This document shows positions 48,901-61,389 of a DNA stretch of 64,000 nt, one piece after another (the first letter of the stretch is position 1; every line of letters starts with the position of its first letter). Under the pieces are notes generated by a model. It worked only from the letters and a program-made list of their open reading frames with translations, was not told the origin of the DNA and ran no database searches. The stretch is from Geosiphon pyriformis uo1. Lineage: Eukaryota; Fungi; Glomeromycota. The stretch is taken from contig JAAOMT010000072.1 of NCBI GenBank assembly GCA_016748015.1, positions 135,012-199,011 on the forward strand, given 5' to 3'. Position numbers and translations under genes: made by a program.

Positions 48901-51728
48901 CAATAGTATTTGGTGGTGGTGGGCCATTCTTCATTGTCCCCGATACATGCGCCCATAGTGGATAGTTTTTTTCCACAATCGACACATATTAGTTTTGGGG
49001 GTTGGTAAAATAAGTTTCTTTGGTCCGAGGTTACATATCCTAGTAATGACGATTGGGGTTTTTCTTTGGCTCTGTCTTTTCCTTTTTCTTCCCAGGTTGG
49101 TGGTGGGGGTAGTTCAGTTCGATAATCATCTGCCCATGAAACCTGATAGGTCTCGATGGTTGGTAGCATTGATGTGTCTTCAAATTTAATAAGAAGTTCT
49201 TCGATACATTGGTTTTTAAAGTGTTTGCATGTAGCTGGAACTTGGGCATGCTGTCCGTTGAACATGAGTTGAAGTTTTTGGGTGTTCCAGTCGAGAGCAG
49301 CATTGGCTTTTGACAACCAGTCATTTCCTACTAGAGCTTGATATTGAGTAGCTTTCATGATAAGTACTTTAGTAGGGATTTGGATTCCATTAATCTCAAA
49401 GAGGAAGTTGTCAATTTCTCCTATTGGGGTTTTTGTGTTCCCATCTGCTGTAATGATCCGGGCAGTAGCAGCACAGTCTATTCGGCGACCTAGTTGGTCC
49501 ATAAGCTGCTTCGTGATTATGCTATTAGCTGATCCGCTATCCAGGATTAATTTAATGTCTATTCCTCCGACTCTGGCATCAGTGTATAGGGTCGTTATTG
49601 GTTTATCCTGATTGATGGCTGCTCCACTAAAAAGGCTATGTGTGTTCAAATTATTAATGTCAAAAGGAAATATGGTGACTAGGGTGGTGTCTTCAGTAAT
49701 AGTGGCTGGTGGGATATTGCTTTTTGTTTGCTTGGAAGGTTGGAAAATTCGTTCTATATCCACCCTTTCTACAGGTGTAGATTTATCAAAACCCTGGTCT
49801 TCCATAAGACCAAAATAGGAAGCTTGATTCAGGTATCCAGTTGGTGTTGGTCAAAATTGGGCAGGACCGCGAGGGATTGGTCGAGACGGTCCACTGTTAG
49901 TTTGCACCTGATTGTTATTGGAATTCCTCCATTCCTGATTATAGTCTATAGCTTGAGGTCTGGATGGGCTGTAAGGGGAAGTTTGATAGTGAGAGATTGC
50001 TTGTGTCATTGGTGGTGGTTGAGTGTACAGGACTTGTTGTGTGTATAGGGGCAGTTGATTTTGAGGTATGGAATATTAGAGTACCATGTTTTGCTGATAT
50101 TTGGGTTGCTGGTATGGGTTTCCTTGATTTTGGTCCATGATCTTCTTTCTGCAGTTATGGGCAATGTGTCCAGGTTTCTGGCAGTAGTAGCAGTTGTGGG
50201 GATCGGATCTCCAAGGTTGTTGCTGTTGCTGATGGTTCTGTTGCTGTAGGTATCTACTGTTGTTGTTATTTTCTCTCTGTTGGGGTGGTTGGTAAGTTCT
50301 TGTAGTTCCAGCTAAGAATCCCTCAATTTTCTGAGTTAGTTTCTTACTCAATTGGGTTATCTTTATATCAATGTCAGAGGTTCTGTTAATGGCTAAATTA
50401 ACGGCTTGAGTATGGTTCACTTCTTGTTCTGCAGACTCAAAATTGTGAGCGAGAGTGATGGTGTCTTGTAAACTGGTCGGATGGCAAGGTCTTACAGATT
50501 TTAGAATACTACTCTGCAATCCTTTAATGAATTGATTAAAAACTTGTGCTGCAGTATAGTAGTCCCTTTCAATAGCTAATATTTGATGCAGGATTTGATT
50601 GAATTGTCTGAGATAAGTAGTTACTGCTTCGTGATCTTTTTGTTTAATTATGCTGAATTGATTCTGCAATCGAATTAATGTATTGGGGTCACAGAAGTAT
50701 TGTAGAAATGCAAGTTTAAACTTGGTAAAGGAGGTAGGCTTCTCTGCCAGGCTCTGGTACCACGAATTGGTGGTTTCGGTCAGAAAAAACAGCAGTGCCT
50801 GAACTGTGTGGTCGTCGTTCCAACTGTTAGCAGTAATTGCTTTCTCGGTGTCCGCAATCCAAGAATATGTATTATCTTCTTTACCAGAGAATTTTTCCAA
50901 TTTAGCAATATCCCAATAAGCCATGATCCGGTTAATGGGTGGGGTGTTACTGGTTATGTTTAAAGAGATTGGTGTCCGTGTATTCGAGTGTTCTCTGGGT
51001 GCTAATGCTGGTTGTTTTCTTTTGTCGCTTGAACCAATAGGTTGTAAGATAGCTGTTTCTTCCATCAGGGGAGATGCTGATTCTGCTAGGTTTTGTGTTG
51101 GTGGCTGTTCCCAAGTTGACAGGTTTCCTTCTGTTTGACCAGCTGCTGGGGTAAGATTTCCAAACAGCGATCCATATTCTTCTAGTGATTTGGTCCAACT
51201 GTGTTGATTCCAAGGGTGTGGATTTCCAGGAATTCGTGGTGTTTCCGACTGGGTTTCCAGGAGTGGGTTGAATACAATTCTACTTTGGGGTGTCTGATGG
51301 TATGATGGAGTTGTTGGGGAGAGGACCCTTGGTTTCTTGTTGACTGTGGACTTGGCTTGGGCAGTTATGGAGTTGTTGGATTCGTTTTCGTATTCCTCAG
51401 GGTCGGATTCCACTAGTTGTTGTACTTGAGGGAATCATTGTGCCACGTAATATTTAATGTCTGTATTGATTATGCACAGAGTTTCAGCGATTGCTCGGGT
51501 AGTCGTGGCTGTTGAGTACCCTAGTAAGCTTTAATGGATTTGTTCTCCAAGTCTTTCTGTATCAGTTGCGTGGCCTAACAAGCAGTCAATTTTTGCATTG
51601 ATATAGTTACAAAAATCACTTTCTGCATAAGTGGTTCCTACTGGTATTCCTAGGTCTTTTCGAAAGTATTGAAATAGTGCTTTTCTGTACAAGGTGTGGT
51701 CCTTTTCTATTGTTCCAATAGTCGCCAC
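45964..51728 (-). pseudogene. gag-pol: Gag-PR-Cys-rich-dUTPase-RT-RNase H polyprotein of A
   Basis: ORFs at 51728, 51413, 49805, 48485, 47408 and 47162 share a frame; CYYCQKPGHIAHNC, ILDSGS, FCIDYRKLN, YLDN, VATDIS; one homopolymer frameshift at ~46975. Confidence 0.92.
47791..48213 (-). pseudogene. dut: dUTPase domain of A
   Basis: NASFDLQY; SRSSLA; GIIDASYMGNI; KIAQAI; A*GINGFGSSG. Confidence 0.92.
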
Positions 51729-51771
51729 TTTTATGTATTTTTGGGGGTGCTCTGTCTCTGTGGATTTATAA

Positions 51772-51788
51772 CCTCACAGGGAGCACCA
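51772..51788 (-). promoter_or_regulatory. Primer-binding site of A
   Basis: TGGTGCTCCCTGTGAGG, complementary to a tRNA 3' end ...CCUCACAGGGAGCACCA (elongator Met or Ile-UAU like; identity unverified). Confidence 0.8.
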
Positions 51789-51790
51789 AA

Positions 51791-52196
51791 TATTACAGGT
51801 AAACTTGGTGGGTATGGAAAATAGTAATGTTTAGTGCTCTCAATTATTGATGATGCGTCTTCCATGTAATTCTGTTGGCTTAGTCTTGATTATCAGTCTC
51901 TGAAGGTCTATTCCTGGATGTGAATTTTACCTGTTGAGTTCTTTGGTTATAAGGCACAGAGTTTGTCTTTCATTGATTGCAATATTTTTCGTAAATGTGA
52001 GCTTTATTTTCTAAGCTAATGAGTGCAGTTGTTAGGGTCTGGCGTTGTTTTTTTGCCCTTCTGGTAAGCTAACAAGATAATATTAATATCCAAAACTTAG
52101 GGGAAGCTTCTCTTTTTTATCAGGCTATCATGAAGTCTATTCCCAGACAGTCAATTTTACTATGTTGCCACTCCACAAAAAATAAGACAGAAAAAG

Positions 52197-52248
<52 letters not shown>

Positions 52249-52907
52249 AAAGAGAGAAAAAATAAATTAGTATCATCAATCGCCATGATTAAGAGTGATT
52301 GGTCCAAATTGTTAATAAGTTCGAGGCGATTATACTAAGAGCATCTGTTTTAGAATGGAGATACGAGACAAAAGTTAATTCACGTAAATTCCACGAAGTT
52401 CAAGAACATGAATTCGTGATTCTGATTTCTTTTAATAATTGGTTTATTTCAGGAGATAAAATAGGGAAGATAATAAAAGATGAAAGGGTATGGATATTTT
52501 AATTTCTGGTCTAAAGGTTCGTATCTATTTTTTCTTCTCTGTCTTTTCTTACTTCTACAACTACTTGCTTTTAAACATTCTTTTGGTTTTACAGGATTGC
52601 TTTCAATTGTCTCGCTATTGCTAACTATTGCTTTGTTGTTTCTGTTATTGCTTCATTTTTCTATGTTATCGCTAGTTATCCTATATTATAACATATTATT
52701 TGACATTATTACATGTTATTATGTATTATCCTGCGTTATAACACGTTATCCTATGTTATTGCGTGCTATTCTGTGTTATTCTGTGTTATAACACATTATC
52801 CAATATTATAATGTGTTATCCAACATTATTGTGTATTATTCTGTGTTATGTCATGTTTTGGTCACATTTCTTCATAACTTTGGATTGGTTTTTCTACTTG
52901 GGTAACA
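51791..52907 (-). repeat. 5' LTR of A
   Basis: Direct repeat of 42665-43756. Confidence 0.95.
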
Positions 52908-52911
52908 GTAT

Positions 52912-55900
52912 GCTAGTTTTAAAAAATGCTTTGATTTGGGTTTGGTGAATTCTCTGAATGAGAGTTCTGTTACAAAAGCACCTACTTGGAGTAATTCTCA
53001 TGATGTATTAAAAACAATTGATTACTTGTTTGTCTCTTCAAATCTGGTTAATGCAATTGTGGATCATGGTGTGACTGATGTCGTGGACCATTTTGATACT
53101 GACCACAAGGCTGTTTCTGTCTCTGTGGGTTTGAGTAGATTGCTCGATGTTCATCTGATTTTGTTGTACAAACAAGCGAATAAGAATCGTTGGAAATTTG
53201 ATGTCAAAAACACAAATAATACTAAATGGTGTGAGTTTCAAGCATCTACAACAGCCAATGCTGCAATGTTTTCGAATAAATTCTCTTCAGCCAGTGAGTT
53301 TTCGGATTTGGATGCCATGTGAGATATTATTCACAAGATTATGATTCTCTCAGCAGATAGAATGTTCAAAAAAAAGTGGTTTAAGGATTTTAATGGTGTT
53401 TTTACCAAGATATTTTCTAGGTTTCATAAGCTAAAATTGCTGGTATTTAAATTGGTCAAAGCCTTATGATCGGTTTTTAGTGATGATTTTGTTTTTTTGC
53501 TCAAGGTGTGGGACAGACTTGATTCCACTGGTGCATTGGCAGTGAAGTCTCTTTTACTTTCAGGTTCTAATTTTGATGTTATTCATTCTGCATTGGCCAA
53601 AGCAAAAAAATTGTACCACTTTTCCAAGTTGCTGAAATCCAAATGCACTGAGGAATCATCCATCAAGCAAGCCATTAATAAAAGGATAGAGAGTTTTGAG
53701 CTGGACAAAGGTCACACAATCAGGAGTGTGTTGGAGTGTTCCTTCCACAAAATGGTCTTAGATCATCTGGTTGTGGGGGATGAGTTAATTTTAGAACCTG
53801 ATTTGGTTAAGCTTAAGGTGGATGAAATCATGGAAGGGTGGACCAGGAAATGCAGGATGGTATCTGATATTTCTGATAATTGGGCCCACCAATATTAGCC
53901 TCTGGATTATGTGTTCAATGGTGCTTTTTCTGGTGTTATGTGTCTTATTGGCTTTGATGAGATGTATGCCATTGTTAAAGAGCTTCCTGATGGGAAAGCT
54001 GCTGGTCTTTCTGGTATCTCTAATGAATTGTGAAAATGATGTGACAAGTCAGTTTTAAATATGCTTCTGATGCTTTTGAACTTTTGCTTGGTTGGTAAAT
54101 TGGTTCCTGATTCTTGAAGGAATGCTTGGATCTCAATAATCCCGAAACCTTATAAATGGAAGGGAGTTCTCACAAACACCCATCCTATTGCTTTGATTGA
54201 AACGGCCTGCAAAATTCTTTTCAAGATCTTTTTAGATAGGATTTCTTCAGCTTGCAGTGAGTTCGATGTTCTTTATGGGGACAATTTTTCTGTTTTAAAA
54301 GGTACAACAACACAGTCACCCATTTTTACCATTGGTTCTGTTGTTGAAGATATCTTGGAGAAGAACTGGAAATTCTGGTTGGTGTTGCAAGACATACACA
54401 AGGCTTATGACTCAGTTGGTTGGGAACATCTCAAAAGGAGTTTGGTCAGAATTAAAATGTGTAACATGTTTATAAGATTTTTTGGTGGCATTCACAATGG
54501 GCATGTTAATAGAGTGATAACAGATTTCAGCTTGACTGATGGGTATCATGTTTATGATGGATTGGACCAAGGAGAGGTTTTCTCACCTCTTTTTTGGTAC
54601 ATCTTCTATGATTCGCTTTTGTGTAAAGTTAAGAAACAGGAAAGTGTGTGTGAATACAGATTAAATTCCCATTTTATTTTTAAAACTGGCCGAACAGATT
54701 CTCAAGCTGGGTTGACATTGTTTTTTGCAGCCGGTGCTTTTATCGACAATACAATTTGGGTTGGTAGCAGCCAGACTGCTACACAACACATCTTTGATGT
54801 TACTAGTAAGTTTTTCAGGTTTAATGACATTTCAATAAATAATGACAAGACAGTGGCCATCTCTATCAACTGCTGGATTGCAAATCCTTATCTGACTATC
54901 AGCGGCTCACCTATTTCTGTTGCCAAGAATGGAGAATTTTATTGTTATTTGGGTATTTTTTTGTCAACTGAGGGCTTGTTGAGACTTAGCCTGGTCAAAG
55001 TTTATTTGGATGTTCGGTTTTTTTCTAATCACATTCTGAAATAGACAGTTTCAGATAAACAGTTTGCGTATTTGATGTCTGTTGTTCTCTTTCCAATTGT
55101 CTGCTACAAGACACAGTTCAGTTATATTCTTTTGAGTGTGTGTAATAAATGGGATGTTATGATGCACAAAGGCTTGAAGTCTAAGGCTGGTCTTCCACTC
55201 GACTTTCCCAATGATGCACTCCATCATTCCTCTTTGTATAGTCTAAAAACTTTTGAACAAATTTAGGCTGAAAGCAAATCGGCTTCCATTGTCTCCTTTG
55301 TAAATTCTGTCAGGATATTGAGTTGTTTGTTCTTTCACAGGTCTCATGATCTTCAGGTTCTCAGTTGGCGTTCCCATCATCCTTTGCAATTTCTGGTTCA
55401 TATTAAAGTCTGTTCTACAAACAATTTTTTGGCTGGGGTGGTCTGCATCTTTTCTGGGTGTGACTTGTCTCTTGGTGATTATTTTCTTAGTGCTTTTTGT
55501 TTTTGTGGTGGTACTCCTATGTCTCTTGTTCTTGAGCATTGCTTTTTTAAAAATGTTTCCTCACTCTGCCACTATGGTATTGCTTTCATGGAGCAACTAC
55601 ATGACTGGACCAGTACTGTTTTTAGTTGGAATGCCTTCAAGCATTAGAAAAGACTGGATCTCTATGGCCCAGTTCCTCTCTGATTTGATTTCTCTGTACA
55701 ATTTCTCAGTGGTGTTGTTTCTTTTTCTTCAGTTTGCCTTCCCTCTGCGGATGGTTATGCTCTTTCTAATGTTCTTCAATCACATAATTTTGGTGTTGTT
55801 TGTAATGCTCTGCTGAACACTAATGCTGCTGTTAGTTTTTCTGTGTATGTGGATGGGTCTCTGAGTAATTTGGGTACTGTTGGTATGAAAGCTGGTGCTG

Positions 55901-57126
55901 CTGCTTTTTTCGAAGACATTCATTTGGGTTTGGGTGTAAGAGTGTCTGGCTTGGTTTTTTCGATGATGGTGGAATTACAGGTCATAGCTTTGGCACTTAA
56001 GTGTATTCCTTCTTTTTGTTCAGTTGACTTATTTTCGGACAGCCAAGCGGCTTTGGACACATGTGAGTCTGAGTTTTTACTGATTTGTTCTGATTTCAGG
56101 AATTGGTGCTGGATCAAGTATCATCACATAGCCAATGTTATTCAGAAAAAAAATTTGAATATGAATTGGGTCAAAGTTAAGGGTCATTCAGGTGTCTCAG
56201 GCAATGAGCGAGCCAATACACTTGCTAAGGCAGCAGCTTCTTCTTCTTGGTGGCTACCTCACAGGATCGGTGAGTGCTTTTTGAAAGGTGGTGGTTCTGT
56301 GGTTTCTGGTAATTTGAGACACTTTGTTCATGATGTTTTTCAGTCTATTCACCATGCACATTTGGAGATTGGCTCTGGTTCCTGGGTGGTAATTGGTAGT
56401 TTACATGATGATATTGATTGGTTCAGGTCTTTTTTGGTATGGCACCAAGACTCCCACATGGCTGCTGGTTCCACTAGTGCATGTACGGCTGGTCTTCGAA
56501 TTTACTTTATGAAGGCTCTGCACTATTGACTCCTCATGGCTATGCATAAACATTTGTATAATAAACATTATCCCAGTATGGTGTGTTTATTCTGCAGCAA
56601 TATTGAGGTTTCTGACCATGTCTTTTCCTGCTCCTTTGATGCTGCTGGTTGTGCTTGTTTGATGGATACTTTTATGGCTACTTGGGAGGCCTGTTCTGGT
56701 CTATCTCATTCCTTCTCATGCATTTTACAGTTTTTGTCTACTTGTGCTTCTAATGTTGTGACTGGTGCAGCTCTATACAAGGGCTTTGTTTTCAAAGATT
56801 GGTATCATGAATTTGTTTCCACTTTTAAAGACCCAAAAGTGGCAGCTACGAATGTAGTGAACTTTGTGAGCAATTTTTGTATTGTATTCCGGAATGACAT
56901 TTGGCTGGTCCATGCAAAACACCATGCTGTTATGGAAAAGAACGGGCTAATCTCTCGTGATAGCTCTATTCCTGTCTCTGTTTTTGGTCTTTCCAAAAGG
57001 CTTTCGTCGGGTGTTGTTAAGTTGTTGGGTGTTAATAAAACATTTGGTGTCAGCTTCAGGTTTCGTAAGTCTTGTTTGTTTTTCTCTGGTATTTGTGACA
57101 AGGTTTCAGTTCATATAGGTGTCTAG
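52912..57126 (+). pseudogene. LINE ORF2 remainder (APE end, RT, RNase H, C-terminal CCHC)
   Basis: TIDYLF..TDHKAV; GKAAG; IPKP..PIALIE; QDIHKAYDSV; GLDQGEVFSPL; AFIDNT; YVDGS..SDSQAAL..KGHSGVSGNERAN; CLFC..DHVFSC; one frame throughout. Confidence 0.93.
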
Positions 57127-57539
57127 TGTGGTCTTGACTGGTCTGAATAGCTGGTCACGTGTAGTAAGAGCATGATTTGCATCTAGTTTAGATTATTTGA
57201 ATAATGTATAGCACTAGATAGCATTTAGACTTCACTTGTTAAGCATTAATAAAAAAAAAAAAAACTTAATTAAGTTAATTTTGATTTTTAAGTTGTGTTT
57301 CTTGTATTTTTATAAAATTTGATTTTTTTTATAAAATTTACATTAAAACTGGTTTTTGTTTAAAAATAAATAATAATAATTTTTTTTTGCTTTAATAATC
57401 TATTTATTATCTTTTTTGTTCTTTTAAAAATGAAAAAATTCCTATATTTATATATATATATTGCTTAAAAAAAATATTGTTATTGTTAAAAAAATTACCA
57501 AATTTGTGTTTTTTTTTGGTAATACCAAATTATTATTAA

Positions 57540-59834
57540 AAACTTTGAGACTTTTAAAAGTAATAAAAACAAAACTCTTTGTCTTCTTAATTTTATGACC
57601 ATGACCAGAGCAAAGAGTAAAAAAGCTGCACCTGATATCTGTCCTAAGATATCTAATAAAATTTCAACCAGAGGAGCTCTCTTTGTTGTAAAAGCAATTA
57701 GGCAGAACGTTTTAGAAGCCTTTTCCTTATCCAGTAATCGTGATAAGCTGCCTTTGATAGCCATTGAAGCAATTTCTTTATCTTTGGCTGGTTTCTCACC
57801 AGTTAAAGTTCTCTCAAAGAGACACACTTGGGTGAGTCCCAGTGTTGCCTCCACCCCGACTAAAAGCTCAAAAGTTTTTAATAATAGACCAGTAAATAAG
57901 CTGGTCTTCCCCTCTATAGATTCAACATCTGGTGCTTTTAGCACCATTTTTTTAAGAAAAATGGTCAAAAAGACCAAAAGTTCAGAAAAGTGGAGGCAGT
58001 TGTTTACCTTTATTATTGTTACACCGAACTCTTTTGTGGTTCCCAATGAGATCTTAGATGAGATCTCCATAATATTATCCAGTACATCATCCAAGATGGG
58101 CCAAGATTAACCACTGGCTGTATTGCCAAATGTGGTGTCTTCCAGTAGATCATTACTGGTTTTAGAATCAAAGCTATCTCCTCCTGTTGGGTCATCTGTT
58201 CTTGAGAACTGGGCTAATCAAATGGAAACTGAATCATCTCCTTCTCTAGTTTCTGGTGTTATTTCTGGTGGTGGTTAGAAAACTATTACTAGTCATCAAA
58301 AGTTTGCTGGATGGGTGGCCTCCACTCTAGTGCCTGGTGCTACTTTTAAGATCAAATTGGCTCATGTTAAGACTGTTTTTCAGTCAGTACATGGTTTCTT
58401 GGATGCAAAGTCAGTATCAAAAGACAATGTAAAGCTGTTTTGTGTAGAGTTTGCTTCTCAAGTTTCTTTGGAAGCTGCATTTTTGGTTGAGCTTATAAGC
58501 TTTATACATTTGGCTACTCTTAAAATTGCCAAGTTTTTGGTGGTTTCTGAGTCTGGTTCCCTTTTTGCTGCTGTTGCACTGTGTGATGTGCCTTTGGGTG
58601 TATCTGCTGCTAACATTAAGACAGCTCTCAATGTTTTTGGTGTGGTTAGTTGTGTTGTGCTAAAGTCTGCTGGCATTTGGCAATATGTGGTAGTTTATTT
58701 TGAGAATTTGGTTGTTGTTACATCTGCCCTTAATCACTGGTCAGTTTTGGTGGGCAAAAGATAGTGTTCGGATTTTTTCTCTTGTAAATCAACAAGAAGC
58801 AATTATGTCTCATGATAGGTTTAAGGCCAAATTGGTCAATCTTCCTCCTGGCTGCACTGCCTTTGAAATCAGTGATATGATTTCTTAAGTTGGTGGTCAG
58901 ACTTGTTTTATTTCTCAGTTTCCTAATTCTGGTCATTGTTTCTGCTTTGCTTTGGTCACATTTGGCTCTTAAGCTGAATTGGATTTTGCTGTTGTTAAAA
59001 CTGGTACACTGAGAAAGTGCCGTATCTGGTGGGAAACTCCTGGTTGTAAGTGTTGTTTTAGGTGCCAAGAGACTGGCCATCTGGCTGTTGACTGTAAGAT
59101 GTCTTTGTCTTCTCCTCTTAAAACTTCCAAAGTGTTCAATCCCCATTTTGTGAGTAATATTTCTTATGCTAAAGCTTCTGCCACTTTAAGTGGCTTTGGA
59201 TTCTCTCCTTTGGTGGCTTCTGATCTGCTGGCTCCTCCACTTGCTGCATCCCCTGCTGTTTCCATTGTTGACTCTACTATTGAGCTTAGGTTAAATTTTA
59301 TAAAAAAACAGATTCTGGATCTGACTGCTTTGGTTAAGTCTGTCATTAAACCAATTGGTTCTTTGGTTACTTTGGTTACTACTCTTCTGAATGACAATGT
59401 TGTCAAGACTCTAAAGGTTGAAAAAGATCTTTTGACTATGTGTAATGTCTCCAAGGGCTTTGCCAAACTTTTGGTTGGTGTGTTTAAAGATTTTGCCAGT
59501 CTTAAGGCTAAGGTGGAGTTTAGTAATCTTGTTAAAAATAATATTGGTGCTGTCAAGACTTCTCCATTGAATAAAGACACAGTTGACCATGCAGTTGCTT
59601 TGTGGCAAATGTGTGGTTCTGAAGTTAAAGGTAGCAGTGAAAAAACTAAATTGTTTTTTAGTGAATTTATTTTTGATTTTAGAAATTTGAATGGTATTAT
59701 TAAGAGACTTGGTAAGCTGGATTTCATTCCGGCTTCTTTTGTTTTAGCTTAGTTAGTGCTTTGACTGACTCAGGTGGTTGGTCACATGTAGAAAGAGCAT
59801 AAAACACATCTGATTTGTAATCCCATAGTGGCAT
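57540..59834 (+). mobile_element. ORF1-only LINE-like element (HAL1-like); 5' end uncertain, 3' UTR interrupted by C
   Basis: ORF1-like frame followed directly by a sequence homologous to the LINE 3' UTR, with no ORF2. Confidence 0.7.
57595..59752 (+). pseudogene. LINE ORF1-like protein (RRM-like repeats, CCHC knuckle, helical C-terminus)
   Basis: VALCDVPLGVSAANIKTALNVFG; KAKLVNLPPGCTAFEI; CFRCQETGHLAVDC; SYAKA; stops and one frameshift. Confidence 0.8.
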
Positions 59835-60692
59835 TGTTACAGGTGACAATTTCTGGTGTTGGATTAAATAATAAACCCGTAACTTGGTGCTCAAAGCTAT
59901 TCTCATTGTCAATGATCTGAAGGTTTGGTATCTGAAGGTTTTGTATCTGAAGAGTTTGGTTAAGTTCTTTGTATAATAGACAGAGATTCAATGGTGATAG
60001 TTTTATCTGTAGCTTCTTGAAACCACAGTTTTGTCAATTTCTTTTTCAGCTTGGTGGCTGGTATTCCTCCTGGTAAGCTATCCTCAATCAAGTGTTTTAC
60101 CCTTATTTTTGGGTCTTTTACCAGTCATGTTTATCCTGATGTCAGTGCCTCGTGTGTTAATCCTCAATAGAGTTAGTAAACAACAATAAAATCAAAGCAA
60201 GAAAATAAAGAAAAAAAAAAAAAATAAAGAAAGAAAAGAAATAAGCCAAGGCAATTTGCAAGTTAGTATTCTGTCAATAGCCATGATCAAGAACTATTGT
60301 TCTAGTGTGGTTAAGTATCAATTACTATCAACATGAAGTGTTGATAGTGGAAATAGATTTGAGATAACAAATAGTTATTTATTAGATAATTGTAATTTAA
60401 AGAGTTGCTTAGATTAAATCTAAACTGAGAGGTCTTTCTTTTCAGTTTCTAATTCTACTGCTATATATACATAATTGAGATTCCTCAATTCTTCAATTCT
60501 TCACAACAGGAATCCTGGAATTTCTGGAATCCTGCAATTCCTTTGAGAGAAATTCTGAAATTCTGAAATTCTGTGATTTTTTGTAAGAATCCTGTAATTC
60601 CTAAAATCCTGGAATTCCACATTTTACTACGTCTATTTCTGATTGGCTAATAACTATGCTAATATATATTCCTTGTATTTCTATGAATAACA
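59835..60692 (-). repeat. 3' LTR of C
   Basis: TGTTACA...ATAACA; PPT at 60693-60707; U3 ggaatcct/ttct-type repeats at ~60480-60620. Confidence 0.85.
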
Positions 60693-60705
60693 TTATTTTC
60701 TCTTT

Positions 60706-61386
60706 TTAATATTGAGCTCTGTCGAAATCCAACTCTGTTAATTTTCCTTCTTGAAGTATTTCTTAAATTTCATTTTTGAGAATTACTTGTGTTATTTGAG
60801 TCTGTAATTCTTCAAATTGAGCATTGGTGATCTTTCCTAATTGATTACTAGTAACTATATCCATTGTTTTATTGAGTAAGACTTCTGGTCGATTTTGAAA
60901 TGCTGTGTGTATTCAGTATATGGCTCGGGCCTGTGTGGATAAGTTGTTCTTTTTCACAAAATGTTCTAATTGTTATAGTATTTTTGTGTCAAATAATTGC
61001 TTTGTTTTATCCATATATAGATTCTGAATATTCACATGTTGTCCTAAGTAAAAATAACAATAGTTTCTTGGAAATTGTTGTATCCACCAATTCCAAGTTT
61101 CTTTAGTCAACTCTTGGTATAGTGACTCTTTTATCAACTCTTTTATTGCTAATTTTACTTTTGCAATAATTTTGTTCATAGTATTTTCAGTTTTCTTTTG
61201 TGTTCTATATGGCGATGTCTTTCTAGTGTCTTGATATCAGATAGTTTGTTGATTAATTGTAATTTCTATTTCTTGGTGTTGAATCAATTGAAAGAGTTGT
61301 TGTGCTAGTGAGTGGATGTTATCTGTAATTTCTATTTTTCTGATATTTTTTGTTGCATCTACCATGTCCTTATATATTCTTTTTAT
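60706..61386 (-). pseudogene. ORF3 of C
   Basis: IHSLAQQLFQLIQHQEIEITINQQTI*YQD ... LGKITNAQFEELQTQI...DFDRAQY*. Confidence 0.72.
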
Positions 61387-61389
61387 GGA

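Larger units (their letters stand above)
42665..52907 (-). mobile_element. Full-length Ty3/Gypsy element A (10243 bp)
   Basis: LTRs 42665-43756 and 51791-52907; TSD GTGT/GTAT; PBS; PPT; all domains. Confidence 0.97.
40266..57264 (+). mobile_element. Full-length LINE (ORF1; ORF2 APE-RT-RNase H-Cys), split by element A
   Basis: ORF2 rejoins across A (..NENSSHMC|ASFKKCFDLG..); poly(A) 57251-57264; candidate TSD AAAAAAACTT at 40256-40265 and 57258-57267. Confidence 0.92.

Noticed and set aside
52190-52250. Long poly(A) run as a retroposon tail
   Set aside because: It corresponds to the (GAAAA)n tract at 43065-43110 in the sister LTR, so it reflects G>A erosion, slippage or homopolymer error
59164-59727. 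Long antisense ORFs (also 57495-58094, 58730-59146, 23585-23953, 47986-48285)
   Set aside because: Shadows of sense TE ORFs with no independent motifs
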